A stretch of 64,000 bases of DNA from Candidatus Latescibacterota bacterium (GCA_965226795.1 CBDDDZ010000005.1:2720001-2784000); one strand, 5' to 3'; positions 19,016 through 29,489 are shown, numbered from the stretch's first letter. Translations and numbers: made by a program. Notes: generated by a model not told the origin, from the sequence alone.

Positions 19016-20140
19016 CCTTATTCGAATGCGATTCAAGTCATCCAGAAGTTGCTTGGCGTCGAACACAACGGTATTTTTCGAAATGCGTTTCTCCTTACGC
19101 ACATAGGTTTCAAGCGCTTCGCGGGCGCTATCGTGGCGACCGCCTCGATAGCAGGCCAAACCCAGGTAATAGTAGGCGTCTGTCTGAAGGGAATCGACCT
19201 TAACCGTGTTTTGCAGATGCGTGATGGCATTCTCATAATTGCGAATATTGAAGTAAGATACCCCCAATTTGAGATAGACCGAAGCTTCGTCGGCCCCGGC
19301 GGCAATCGCTTTCCCGTAAGATTTGACGGCGCCTTTGAAGTCCCCGCGGTTAAATGCCAGGTTACCCAGGCTGACATACGCTTCGCCGTATTGGGGATCG
19401 ATTTCCAGGGCCTTCAGGTATGCGGCCCGTGCTTTCCCGAGTTTCCCTTCCTGAGCATAGGCCATGCCCAGATTTCTGTAGATATATCGGCGTTCCGCGG
19501 CTTCGGACTGGAACCGGAGCGCCTGTTCATAGATTTCAATGGCCTTGTCTGTGTTCCCTGTGTAGATATAAGTAAGGCCCAGATTAAGGTAAGCGTCCGT
19601 GTACTTGTCGTTGAGCTTGACCGCCCGCCTGTATTCAGCAATAGCCTGATCGACGTATCCTTTGTGGTAGTAGGCCAGGCCCATCAGATTTCGCACAAAT
19701 GCCGACCCGGGTTTGCGTTCCAGGGCGGCTTTATACTGCGCCAGGGCCGAGTCATAATTACCTTTGTGGTAGTATGTTCTGCCCAGATCGACCCGCGCCT
19801 GAAAAATTTCGGGATCGGCTCGTATCGACCGTTTCAGATATTCAAGGCGCTCATCCGGAAGGGTCAGCAGGCGCCCATACAGGTAGAGACCGACGGCCGA
19901 TCCGGGGCTGGCCTTCAGCCGCCTCAGATACTCGGCAAGCAACTCCCGGCGGCGGTCCGACTTGAGCATCAGGTCCTGGTAGTGTATATTCGCCTGGATG
20001 TCCTCCGGCCGGACTTTGACCAGGCGCCGAAAATGAGCCAATTCAGCTTCATTTCCCACGCTCTCAGCGCCGTGGACAGGACTTCCGAACCATCCGCTGC
20101 CAAGAAGAATAAGACAGATCAGACTGGTTAACACTGGCAC
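18983..20140 (-). CDS. Exported multi-TPR protein (start uncertain, 20134-20233)
   Basis: Hydrophobic N-terminus and many TPRs (AYLNLGLTY, AYVSLGNLA, AYYYLGLAC). Confidence 0.88.
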   Translation of the reverse strand: MPVLTSLICLILLGSGWFGSPVHGAESVGNEAELAHFRRLVKVRPEDIQANIHYQDLMLKSDRRRELLAEYLRRLKASPGSAVGLYLYGRLLTLPDERLEYLKRSIRADPEIFQARVDLGRTYYHKGNYDSALAQYKAALERKPGSAFVRNLMGLAYYHKGYVDQAIAEYRRAVKLNDKYTDAYLNLGLTYIYTGNTDKAIEIYEQALRFQSEAAERRYIYRNLGMAYAQEGKLGKARAAYLKALEIDPQYGEAYVSLGNLAFNRGDFKGAVKSYGKAIAAGADEASVYLKLGVSYFNIRNYENAITHLQNTVKVDSLQTDAYYYLGLACYRGGRHDSAREALETYVRKEKRISKNTVVFDAKQLLDDLNRIRIRSSIPGAQKKE

Positions 20141-20234
20141 TCCGGGGGTCGAACGTCGAAGGAAGGGGTATCGTTGGCACAACCCCCGTTCGCTGTACCG
20201 CCCGTTGAAGCCGGGCGCCGCTGACCCGGCCACG

Positions 20235-20272
20235 AAAAGGGGGTGATAGCATCGTCTCTATCGCCCCTCTTT
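20235..20272 (-). terminator. Possible bidirectional terminator hairpin
   Basis: AAAAG-GGGGTGATAG-8 nt-CTATCGCCCC-TCTTT. Confidence 0.5.
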
Positions 20273-20532
20273 ATGTACCGAAGACAGTTTTCAAGCCCCA
20301 ACGCCATGCAGCTGGACGTTAATTAACGACCGATGTCGAATCAACTCTGCCGAGGCATTGGAAAGAGTGAAAAACCGGGGTGAACGCCCATATGTCCCGA
20401 TGAAGATGTGGCGTAATAAAATGGGACTGGTCGAGGAATCCGGCATTGTTCTGGTGCGAGCGCGGCCCCTCGCGGCTGGGGGATCGGCTATATTGGCGTG
20501 GCGAACCGGGGAATCGGATCGCTAACGGGCAC

Positions 20533-21393
20533 CTATCTGTCTTTCTTCAGCAGAACATTCAACGGTCGTTTGGGCTTGTAGAGATAGATTACATCGGCCG
20601 GATCGAGCATGGTATTGAAGATGGCGATTTCGTCGATCTTGCCGGCATAGGCGGTCTTGTAATTATTGAATCGAATGGCCATATTGTCCATGTCCCAGGT
20701 AATGTCGCGTTTGATATTCTTCTTCCGGCCTATTTCTTCGCCGCCGACGAAGAGGGCATATTCGGCATCGGCATTGCCGCTGTTAATATTGGACCACGTG
20801 ACGACAATATGGTGCCATTGGTCGGACTTCCAGTTGATTTTGTCATACCGGATCGTCCACTGTTTTACCAGTTCTTCACTGACTGCCCGCGTTTTGTCGG
20901 GATAACAGCCGAAGCGGAGGGCGCTGGGAGGACGATCCTTCTGGCTTTTTTCGAAGTCTACGAAAATGACCGCGTCGTCCCACTTCTTTCCAATAGAGAA
21001 GGGCTCCGGGAACTTCTCCGTGAAGTCGCTGTTGGGATCAACGCTCAGCCAGAAAGAGACCCCCCCCGACCATGGGCTGTTCGCACCGTACGGAAAGTTT
21101 TCTTTGGCCTGATAGCTGAGATAGGTTGCGTCGTTCGCGAATGAAACGAAACCGTCCTCTTTGCCGCCGGTAAACTCATGCCGTGGCGGGCTGCTCGTTT
21201 CCATTGCAGCGACCGTGCCCTTCTTCTTCGTAAGCGCCTCGAAGCGGGATCTGTCATCAAAGTTGGCAAAAAAGAGGATATTCGCGGCGAGTTTTTCCTC
21301 GATTTTTTTCTCCGGACCACCGCAAGACGTAAGTCCGAGTGTGGCAACCGGAATTGCGATCAGGTGCAGGAGGCGGGGAGGGCACCGTGTCAT
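20533..21393 (-). CDS. LamG/concanavalin A-like jellyroll lipoprotein
   Basis: Lipobox LTSC; LFFANFD, GGVSFWL, WHHIVVTW, LFVGG and GKIDEIAIFN LamG motifs; AGGAG 9 nt before ATG 21393. Confidence 0.85.
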   Translation of the reverse strand: MTRCPPRLLHLIAIPVATLGLTSCGGPEKKIEEKLAANILFFANFDDRSRFEALTKKKGTVAAMETSSPPRHEFTGGKEDGFVSFANDATYLSYQAKENFPYGANSPWSGGVSFWLSVDPNSDFTEKFPEPFSIGKKWDDAVIFVDFEKSQKDRPPSALRFGCYPDKTRAVSEELVKQWTIRYDKINWKSDQWHHIVVTWSNINSGNADAEYALFVGGEEIGRKKNIKRDITWDMDNMAIRFNNYKTAYAGKIDEIAIFNTMLDPADVIYLYKPKRPLNVLLKKDR

Positions 21394-21578
21394 AAGACAC
21401 ATCTCCTTTCGGGAGGGGTAGGATCGATGAACCCGTCTAAATGGCCGTTACAGCGGATCACAAATATAAAAAAAGCGTATTGGGGCGCAAGCGTTTTTCT
21501 TGTTTCCGGTCTATTGACAAGGATGGCAGTGGCCACGAAGGCCGGAAAAATCAGATGATTAGAGCACTAGAAAATGCC

Positions 21579-21607
21579 TTGACAACGATTTTCTTATTGA
21601 TTATATC
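21579..21607 (+). promoter_or_regulatory. Putative sigma70 promoter for the M28/FtsX-OPT cluster
   Basis: TTGACA, 17-nt spacer, TATATC in an AT-rich patch. Confidence 0.5.
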
Positions 21608-21850
21608 CAGATTTTGTTGATTCGCCGGGACGGCCTGGATTTCAGACGGGTCCATCGGTGACCGCAGGCGTGGGTTCGGCGACCATCCGCAATGCGGTTC
21701 ATGTCCGTCCGCCGCATTTGTTCGCGCCGATGCGCCGGAATGGCATAAATGCAACGCTGTGACTTTTGTCGGGCCCTCTGTCGCGCAACGCCGAAAGTAT
21801 TCGGGCGGCCTCAACGAAAACTGAGTTTCCCAAGATTACAGGAGTTGACA

Positions 21851-24800
21851 ATGCTGCGTAAACTCGGCGGCGTGATTCTGTGGCTGATCGCGATTTTTAT
21901 GCTCTCGTCGGTTACCGTGTTCAACCCGGGACAGGTAACTGACTTTTTTATTCGCGTTTTCAATATCAAGCCCAGCGTTCCGCAGGTACGTGAGGAGAAA
22001 CCATCCAAGAGAGACGAACGCATACAGGCATTTGCCGATCTCATTTCCGAGACGAGTCTCCAGGAAACCGTATCCGCTCTGGCCGGGATGGGATCCCGGG
22101 TACCGGGGTATCCGGGTCACAGAGTGGCCTTCGAATACGTCAAAGACCGTTTCGAGGCGCTGGGTCTGGAGGATATCACGGTTGAGGAACACCACGTTAC
22201 CGTGCCGATCGACAAGGGGGCGACTCTGGAGGTTCTGGAAACCGGAGTCGCGATCCGGCTGTACGGGCTTTGGCCCAATCACGTGCAAACGCCTTCTCTG
22301 CCGGATGGCGGCGTTACAGGCGCACTGATCGACGCGGGGGATGGTTCTTTCAGGGCGTTGAACGACAAGCCGGTGGCGAACAGCATTGCGTTGATGGAAT
22401 TCGATTGCGGTCAGAACTATCTCAACCCGCGCATGTTGGGCGCGCAAGCCATTATTTTCTATGATAACGGCGGCGTGAGCAGAGGACAGGCCCTTGAGAA
22501 AATCCTTCAGGTGCCGGTGGACGTGCCCAGGTTCTGGGCGGAGAAAGCCGACGCGGCCCGTCTCGCGGAACTCGCAGAGTCCAACGCCACGCTCGTGAGA
22601 ATGACGTCCAAAATGGATTGGGAAAAAGTCCCCACGTGGAACATATACGCCACCCTGCCTGGCTCCGACGCTTTTGTCACGGAACGTGAAGAACGGAAGT
22701 GGAAGGACGAAATGGTGGTTTTGAGTTCGTTTTACGACGCCATTTCCGTCGTACCGGCATTGGCTCCGGGTGCCGAGAATGCTACCGGGCTGGCCGCCCT
22801 TCTGGACGTAGCGGCGGCGCTGAAAGACAAATCGTGGCTGGGCTCATCCTCTCGACTGGCACAACTTCCGCGGTACACGGTAAAATTCCTGGTAACAGGC
22901 GCCCATTTCCAGGGGTTGGCCGGCGTCAACGACTTCCTGTTCAGACATTCCAGGGAAAGCGACCACTTCCGGGAGAAGATTCCGGACGAACAGAAGGTCG
23001 ATTTCCGGCTATTCGTCGGATTTGACCTGTCGAGCGAAACGGACCAGATCGCCAGTTTCTCACACGGCACGTTTATCAACCCGAACTGGTCGACCAACAA
23101 CTACGAAAACAACCTGTTGGCGCCATACGCGAAGAATTTCAACAAATACCTTGCCAAAATCTATCCTGGCGAAGAACGTCACGTCGACGCCGTTGCACCA
23201 CCGAAACGAACCTGGAAGAACTACATGCCCGTCCGGCTGGGATTCGACAGCGAGGCGGTCAAATTTGTCGGCAAGGAAGGGATTACGCTGGCCACCCCGT
23301 CCACTACGCGCGAAAAAGTGGATACGCCCGCCGACCGCGCGGAATTCGTCAACTTCGCCAATCTTGCCCGGCAAACCCGTACTGCGACCGGCATGCTACT
23401 CAAGGCGTTGGAAGATCCCGAGTTCTTCCGGGTGTCCAAACTCAAGCTGCAGGACCTTGGACACAGTATGAAGGGACGCATTCTGTGGTTTGAACGGGAT
23501 GCCGATTTTGCGATTCCACGTGTGCCCGTGCCAGGGGCCATCGTCACATATCAACAGCCTGGTCCGGTTGCCAGTTGTGGTGGGGTACGGACCTTGATTG
23601 TGGACAAAGCCACGAAAGGCCCCAGATACGTAAGCGACCGTACCACAGGACCCATGTTCGGCACAAAAGAGGAAGTGGAGGCCACCGGCCGATTCCAGTT
23701 CAACATCATGCGCAACCGGTTTACAAATCAGATATCGGCATTTGAAATTGACGAACACGGTCGAATCATATCGGCGCCGGATCTGGGCACGGAAGGCGAG
23801 GAGAAGTTCCCCACCAGGCAGGGCTACGGATGGTGGGAGAACGAGATGCTGGCGGTCCTTTTCAAGGCCCGGTCTCTCAGCGTGTTTGAAATTATCGACT
23901 CCAGTTACCTTTCCGCGCTCGATTTCATGACCGTGTTGAATGCCGGCGATTCCCAGCCGATGGAATACGGTTACTACTATATTGAAAACCAGAGTATCAG
24001 AGAAGGCGACGTCACGCGTGCGGCGGTCGCGTTTACCGCGATGAACCCAACAACCGGCAGTCCCGATCCCATCAAGATTCTGATGAGCACAGGACTGTTC
24101 GGGGTGAAATACCTGCTGACTAACGCCTCGGAAGAGTTTCTGGAACAACCCGTGAACAAGTGGGACGTGGACGATGATATGTTGAAGCGGTCCCGCGGCG
24201 CAGGTTATCCTCCCGGTGTTATCCTGTACCCGTCCTACAAAGCCGCCAAGGATATGTGGGTGGTCGACGACATCCGCATGAAGCAGCTTGCCCAGTACGG
24301 CATTACAAACGCCCGTTTGGAAAAGCTGCACACGCACGCGGCCGACGCGCTGGAACGGGCGCGGGAGAATCTGGCCAAGCACGACTACGAAGGGTTTATC
24401 GCCGCGTCCAGGGAGGCCTGGGGGCTGGAAGCCCGCGGATACCCTGAAGTGATGTCCACGGCAAACGACACGGTACGTGGAATTATCTTTTATTTCATTC
24501 TCCTGCTGCCGTTTTCCTTTTTCTGCGAGCGGCTGCTTTTCGGATTTCCGGATATCACCCGGCGTCTGGTCGGCTTTGCGGGAATCTTCGTGCTGTTTTT
24601 CCTTATCCTTCGTTTCGTCCATCCGGCCTTCAAGCTGAGCAGCACGCCCTATATCATCTTTTTGGCCTTTGTGATCATGTCGCTTGGCGTCATTGCGATG
24701 TTCATTGTCGTTTCCAAGTTCGGCGAAGAGGTCCGGAAAATGAAGCAGGCCTCGGCAGGCACGTATGAGGCGGATGTGGGTCGGTTGAGCGCGACGGCTG

Positions 24801-26647
24801 CTTCAATAATTCTGGGCATTTCCAACTTACGGAAACGGCCTCTCCGTACCGGACTGACGGCCATCACACTCACGCTGCTGACGTTTACGGCGCTATCGTT
24901 TACCTCGGTACAGACGTCAATCAAGTTCTATCGATTGCCGAGGGACAACCAGCCGCCGTATCAGGGAGGCCTGATCCGGGATCGTTCCTGGCGAGGCCTG
25001 CAGGAATCCGTGCTCCAGTACCTGACCAGTGCGTTTGAAGGCCGTGCGTCCATTGTTCCCCGCGCATGGTACCTTTCTCAGGTTCGCGGGGAAAGGGCAT
25101 ACGTCAATTTCTCGCGTGTCACCGAACAGACCTCCTACCTTGGCTCCAGAGACACCTATGTCGATTTCGACGTGGGTATCACGACAGGAAAAGACAGCTT
25201 TGTGAACGGGTTACTGGGCCTCACCGCGGAAGAGCCGGAAATTACAGGAGTCGACCGATATCTGATGAGCGGGCGATGGTTCAATCCCGGGGAGACGGGT
25301 GTTTGTATTCTGCCGAACGATCTTGCGGAATTGGTGGGCATTTTTCCGGAAGACGCCGGTAGTGCGAAGATCGAGATGCTGGGCGGTGCTTTCACGGTAA
25401 TTGGAATTATGGACTCCGAGGGGTTCAACAAGTACAAAGACATGGACGACGAGAAGCTGACGCCCGTGGATACCGTCAAGGAGAAGGACGACCTGGCTGA
25501 CGCGCAGGACCAGGATCCGCGGGTTGTCGCGGCGGCGCCAATTGAGACGTTTACGCATTTGGAGTCGACCAATGTAATGATTCTGCCCTATGATTATGTC
25601 CGGAATATCGGAGGCACTCTGAACTCCGTTGCGGTAGCGAATTTTGTGGACTCACAGGGCAACGCCAAGACGAACTTCCTGCCGGATGTCGAAGAATTCA
25701 TGACCCGCGTGTCCCTGACCATGTTCGTGGGCCACGAGGACAAGGTCACGGTTTACAGTTCCATCGGATCCACGTCTCTTTCCGGTTTGGGCACGCTGTT
25801 TATTCCGATCCTGATTTCCGCGTTGATTGTGTTGAATACGATGATGGGCGCGGTGTACGAACGGTTCAACGAAATTGGCATCTACTCGGCCGTGGGCCTG
25901 GCTCCCAACCACATTGCGGCGCTGTTTCTCGCGGAGGCGGCGGTATTCGCCACGGTTGGCGCCGTCTTGGGATATTTAATCGGACAGGTGCTGGTTCTTG
26001 TGCTGTTTACCCAGGCGCAGGCACAGGGACAACTGCTCAGCCTGGAATTGAACTATTCTTCTCTGTCGGCCATTTCCTCTACATTGATTGTCATGGCAAC
26101 GGTGTTCCTCTCTACGCTGTACCCTGCGAAGAAAGCCGCCGATATGGCGGTGCCGGACGTGACGCGAAAATGGAAGTTTCCGGAGCCCGAAGGTGACAAC
26201 TGGGTGTTCGATTTTCCGTTTACGGTCGGCGGCGCGGAAGTATTGGGAATGTACACTTATCTGACACGCGTCTTTGAATCCTACGGCGAAGGGTCCGTCG
26301 GCGACTTCGTGGCCGATTACGTCCGTTTCACGTCCCAGGACATGCAGGGCGAACCGCAGTATGAAATCAACCTGACGTGCTGGCTTGCGCCTTACGACCT
26401 GGGCATCAGCCAGGAGGTGGAGTTAAGGGCGATACCGACCAGGGAATACAATATTTACAAAATTGAAGTTGTTATCAACCGGCTCAGCGGTGACGTGGCG
26501 TCCTGGAAACGGATCAACCGGGGTTTCCTGAACGTACTCCGGAAACGATTCCTGGTCTGGCGTACCATCCCGCCCGAATTGAAACACCAGTATGCCGACG
26601 AGGGTAATCGGATTCTGTCGAACACGGTGGAAGAGGTAAGGGTATAA
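21851..26647 (+). CDS. 1598-aa membrane protein: PA/M28-peptidase-fold ectodomain fused to a MacB/FtsX-like permease
   Basis: RBS AGGAG then ATG 21851; N-terminal TM; SRVPGYPGH, SSFYD, PGAEN, GAHF and DTPAD M28-fold segments; three TMs; NLRKRPLRTGLT, GRWF, LNTMMGAVYERFNEIGIYSAVG and YPAKKAA MacB/FtsX motifs. Confidence 0.88.
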   Translation: MLRKLGGVILWLIAIFMLSSVTVFNPGQVTDFFIRVFNIKPSVPQVREEKPSKRDERIQAFADLISETSLQETVSALAGMGSRVPGYPGHRVAFEYVKDRFEALGLEDITVEEHHVTVPIDKGATLEVLETGVAIRLYGLWPNHVQTPSLPDGGVTGALIDAGDGSFRALNDKPVANSIALMEFDCGQNYLNPRMLGAQAIIFYDNGGVSRGQALEKILQVPVDVPRFWAEKADAARLAELAESNATLVRMTSKMDWEKVPTWNIYATLPGSDAFVTEREERKWKDEMVVLSSFYDAISVVPALAPGAENATGLAALLDVAAALKDKSWLGSSSRLAQLPRYTVKFLVTGAHFQGLAGVNDFLFRHSRESDHFREKIPDEQKVDFRLFVGFDLSSETDQIASFSHGTFINPNWSTNNYENNLLAPYAKNFNKYLAKIYPGEERHVDAVAPPKRTWKNYMPVRLGFDSEAVKFVGKEGITLATPSTTREKVDTPADRAEFVNFANLARQTRTATGMLLKALEDPEFFRVSKLKLQDLGHSMKGRILWFERDADFAIPRVPVPGAIVTYQQPGPVASCGGVRTLIVDKATKGPRYVSDRTTGPMFGTKEEVEATGRFQFNIMRNRFTNQISAFEIDEHGRIISAPDLGTEGEEKFPTRQGYGWWENEMLAVLFKARSLSVFEIIDSSYLSALDFMTVLNAGDSQPMEYGYYYIENQSIREGDVTRAAVAFTAMNPTTGSPDPIKILMSTGLFGVKYLLTNASEEFLEQPVNKWDVDDDMLKRSRGAGYPPGVILYPSYKAAKDMWVVDDIRMKQLAQYGITNARLEKLHTHAADALERARENLAKHDYEGFIAASREAWGLEARGYPEVMSTANDTVRGIIFYFILLLPFSFFCERLLFGFPDITRRLVGFAGIFVLFFLILRFVHPAFKLSSTPYIIFLAFVIMSLGVIAMFIVVSKFGEEVRKMKQASAGTYEADVGRLSATAASIILGISNLRKRPLRTGLTAITLTLLTFTALSFTSVQTSIKFYRLPRDNQPPYQGGLIRDRSWRGLQESVLQYLTSAFEGRASIVPRAWYLSQVRGERAYVNFSRVTEQTSYLGSRDTYVDFDVGITTGKDSFVNGLLGLTAEEPEITGVDRYLMSGRWFNPGETGVCILPNDLAELVGIFPEDAGSAKIEMLGGAFTVIGIMDSEGFNKYKDMDDEKLTPVDTVKEKDDLADAQDQDPRVVAAAPIETFTHLESTNVMILPYDYVRNIGGTLNSVAVANFVDSQGNAKTNFLPDVEEFMTRVSLTMFVGHEDKVTVYSSIGSTSLSGLGTLFIPILISALIVLNTMMGAVYERFNEIGIYSAVGLAPNHIAALFLAEAAVFATVGAVLGYLIGQVLVLVLFTQAQAQGQLLSLELNYSSLSAISSTLIVMATVFLSTLYPAKKAADMAVPDVTRKWKFPEPEGDNWVFDFPFTVGGAEVLGMYTYLTRVFESYGEGSVGDFVADYVRFTSQDMQGEPQYEINLTCWLAPYDLGISQEVELRAIPTREYNIYKIEVVINRLSGDVASWKRINRGFLNVLRKRFLVWRTIPPELKHQYADEGNRILSNTVEEVRV

Positions 26648-26727
26648 GTAGCCAGGTGCCGCGAATCGCAGACAGCCGGCGGCGTTTACACCCGCAACCC
26701 GTGACACGCTGCTCCCAATGAGGAGGG

Positions 26728-28782
26728 GTGGTTTTGGCAATCGAACCCAAGGACGATATAGAAGAGCAGGAACAGTACGAAAATATCATGCCGGTGGATG
26801 CGCCGTTCGAAGATGGTTTCAATATGAAAACCATTTGGGCGACGCTGTTTGTGGGTCTGGTGATGTTGCCGGGCGCAATCTACCTCGGATTGGTCACCGG
26901 ACAGAACATGGCGGGCGCGTCCGAATGGGTGACCATCATCCTCTTCCTGGAGATTGCCAAGCGGTCCTTCGTGCGGCTGAAGACGCAGGAGGTCCTGGTA
27001 ATCTACTGGGTGGCGGGTGGATTGCTGGGTGTGGGGGTGAGACTGGGCAGCGCGGCGCTCGTGTATGGGGGCCCGTTCGGCGGATTAATCTGGGATCAAT
27101 ACCTGATTCAATCCCCGGCGGCCAGGGGGCTCGCGGATTTCTTCCCGGACTGGGTGGTTCCCAGGATCAGCGAACATCCGGAGATCTACGCCGAACGGAC
27201 GTTTTTGCACAGCGCGTGGTTGAAACCCATTGGCATCCTCGTTGCATTAACACTGTTAAGCAATACCGCGAGACTATCGCTTGGGTACGTGATGTTTCGG
27301 ATTACGAGCGATATCGAACGGTTGCCGTTTCCGCTGGCGCCCGTACAGGCGCGCGGAGCCACCGCGCTGGCCGAAACGTCGGCCAAGCAGGAGGGCTGGA
27401 GATGGCGGGTATTCAGTACCGGCGCGTGCATCGGACTGGTCTGGGGCCTGCTCTACATTGTTGTCCCCACGCTTTCCAGCATATTCCTGACCGATACAGT
27501 TCAGATTCTGCCTATTCCCTGGATCGATTTTACGGAGCAGATCAAATCCATCTTACCTGCGGCGCTGTTCGGAATCGCAACCGACCTGGGTCACCTGATT
27601 GTCGGATTTGTGTTGCCGTTCTGGGTGGTTATCGGGTCGTTTGCAGGAGCCGTCCTGGGAAACCTGGTTGTCAACCCGTTTCTTTACAAATATGAAATCC
27701 TGGACCGCTGGTCCGCGGGCATGACGGCGATCCCGACTTCGATCTCCAACCAGTTCGACTTCTGGTTGAGTTTTGGTATCGGCACTTCGTTTGTAATCGC
27801 GTTCACCGGATTCTACCAGGTGTTTCGTGTGCTCATGGAACAACGTCGTCAGAAACAGGAAACAGGGCATCATACATCGGGTATCGACCTCGAGGACCTG
27901 CCGAAGGGCCGCTCGGATATGAAGATGATTTATCCGATTCTGTTCTGGTGCGCCGCGACACTCGGGTTTATAGTGCTATGCCAGATGCTTGTTCCGGAAT
28001 TCCACTGGGGCTGGGTTGTGTTCTTCGGACTCGTTTACACGCCGATTTCGTCTTATATCGGCGCCCGAATGATCGGCCTGACCGGAAGTCCGTACGGCGC
28101 GAGTATTCCCTATCTGCGTGAAGCGGGGATTCTTCTGTCCGGATACAAGGGCGTGGCCGTCTGGTTTGCGCCCCTTCCCCTGCACGACCACGGGCTGGCC
28201 GTGCCTATATATAAACAGATGGAGTTGACGAAAACGAAATTCGTCAGTTACGTGAAATTGACCGCGGTCACCATGGTCGTCATATTCATCTTCAGCTTTA
28301 TTTTCTGGGAATTTATCTGGCGCCTGGGCCCCATTCCCTCGTCCAGCTATTACTATGTGCAGACGTTCTGGCCATACGACGCCACAATGACCACGATGTG
28401 GCTGAAGTCGACGATGCCGGACCTTGAAGGGCAGGGTACCGTCGGCGTTGAACTCCTTAAGGATATCATCAAGCCGGAACTCATCGGTGCCGGATTCGCC
28501 GTTGGCGGCCTCATGTACCTGATTCTGGCCGTGTTGAAGGCGCCGACGCTGTTCTTTTTCGGTTTTGTGGGCTCCCTTGCTACGTGGCCGCATTTTGTGA
28601 TTCTGCAGTTTGCCGGCGCACTACTCGGACGTTTCTACTTCGCCAAACGTTTCGGCGAATCCAAATGGAGGGCATACGCGCCTATTCTCCTTGCCGGATA
28701 CTATTGTGGTATGGGGCTCATCGGGATGACTTCGGTTTCCGTTGTGTTGATTTCAAAGGCCGTTTCCCAGGTTGTCTTCTAG
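26728..28782 (+). CDS. OPT-superfamily-like multi-pass peptide transporter
   Basis: Many TM segments; ERLPFPLAPVQARGATALAE resembles the OPT LxFP motif; RBS AGGAGG (start GTG 26728 or TTG 26734). Confidence 0.75.
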   Translation: MVLAIEPKDDIEEQEQYENIMPVDAPFEDGFNMKTIWATLFVGLVMLPGAIYLGLVTGQNMAGASEWVTIILFLEIAKRSFVRLKTQEVLVIYWVAGGLLGVGVRLGSAALVYGGPFGGLIWDQYLIQSPAARGLADFFPDWVVPRISEHPEIYAERTFLHSAWLKPIGILVALTLLSNTARLSLGYVMFRITSDIERLPFPLAPVQARGATALAETSAKQEGWRWRVFSTGACIGLVWGLLYIVVPTLSSIFLTDTVQILPIPWIDFTEQIKSILPAALFGIATDLGHLIVGFVLPFWVVIGSFAGAVLGNLVVNPFLYKYEILDRWSAGMTAIPTSISNQFDFWLSFGIGTSFVIAFTGFYQVFRVLMEQRRQKQETGHHTSGIDLEDLPKGRSDMKMIYPILFWCAATLGFIVLCQMLVPEFHWGWVVFFGLVYTPISSYIGARMIGLTGSPYGASIPYLREAGILLSGYKGVAVWFAPLPLHDHGLAVPIYKQMELTKTKFVSYVKLTAVTMVVIFIFSFIFWEFIWRLGPIPSSSYYYVQTFWPYDATMTTMWLKSTMPDLEGQGTVGVELLKDIIKPELIGAGFAVGGLMYLILAVLKAPTLFFFGFVGSLATWPHFVILQFAGALLGRFYFAKRFGESKWRAYAPILLAGYYCGMGLIGMTSVSVVLISKAVSQVVF

Positions 28783-28811
28783 TCCGGAAAACTGCACTCC
28801 AATATGGAACG

Positions 28812-28870
28812 CCGCCCGGATTTCGACTGTCTAATGAAATTACCAACGACGGCGAATCCGGGCGGTTTTT
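28812..28870 (+). terminator. Terminator-like hairpin after the OPT-like gene
   Basis: CCGCCCGGATT...AATCCGGGCGG followed by TTTTT; unusually large loop. Confidence 0.55.
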
Positions 28871-28916
28871 CGTCCGCATAAATCGAAGGGTACGTTCCAA
28901 CCAGAGGGAGGCTTCG

Positions 28917-29387
28917 ATGAATCGTGGTGAAAGGATCACAGGCCTTACGCTCATTGCGTGTATTGTATTGGCGTTTGCCGTGGAGGCGGCGGCACAACCG
29001 GAGGGCAGGGGCGAACGCGGACGTGGAAGGCGCAGGGGCGCAGGCCGGCTCAGAATGATGTTGCCCGTAGAGCAGACGCTGAGTTTTCTGGCTTTTGACG
29101 GCAAGATAGCGTTGAAAGATAACCAGCTCCTTGAGATCCGCGGGGCACTCAAGGAGATTCACGGTAAGCGGGCCGAACTGGAAAAAGACATGCGGGATGG
29201 AGCCGACCGGCAGCAAGTTATGGAGAAACTCGGCCAACTCAGGAACACAATGTTCGAAAACATCAAAGGGGTGCTGGACGACAGACAGGACAAGGTACTC
29301 GATGGCTATCTGGAAAGGATGCGGCGAGGGTTTCAACGTGGACGCGGCGGCGGGAGGCAGGGCGGCAGACCGCCAGGCGGCGTATGA
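28917..29387 (+). CDS. Secreted helical protein, Spy/CpxP-like, with Gly/Arg-rich ends
   Basis: RBS GGGAGG; signal peptide ending AAA-Q; IALKDNQ and VLDDRQ (LTxxQ-like) motifs. Confidence 0.7.
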   Translation: MNRGERITGLTLIACIVLAFAVEAAAQPEGRGERGRGRRRGAGRLRMMLPVEQTLSFLAFDGKIALKDNQLLEIRGALKEIHGKRAELEKDMRDGADRQQVMEKLGQLRNTMFENIKGVLDDRQDKVLDGYLERMRRGFQRGRGGGRQGGRPPGGV

Positions 29388-29489
29388 CGTGATCATCACT
29401 TACCACGATACGATGATAGGGCGGCTCCCCGCGGCGGGGTCGCCATTGTTTGTTGGAAGTCCGGCACCGAGGGAATCCGGATTTTCCGG

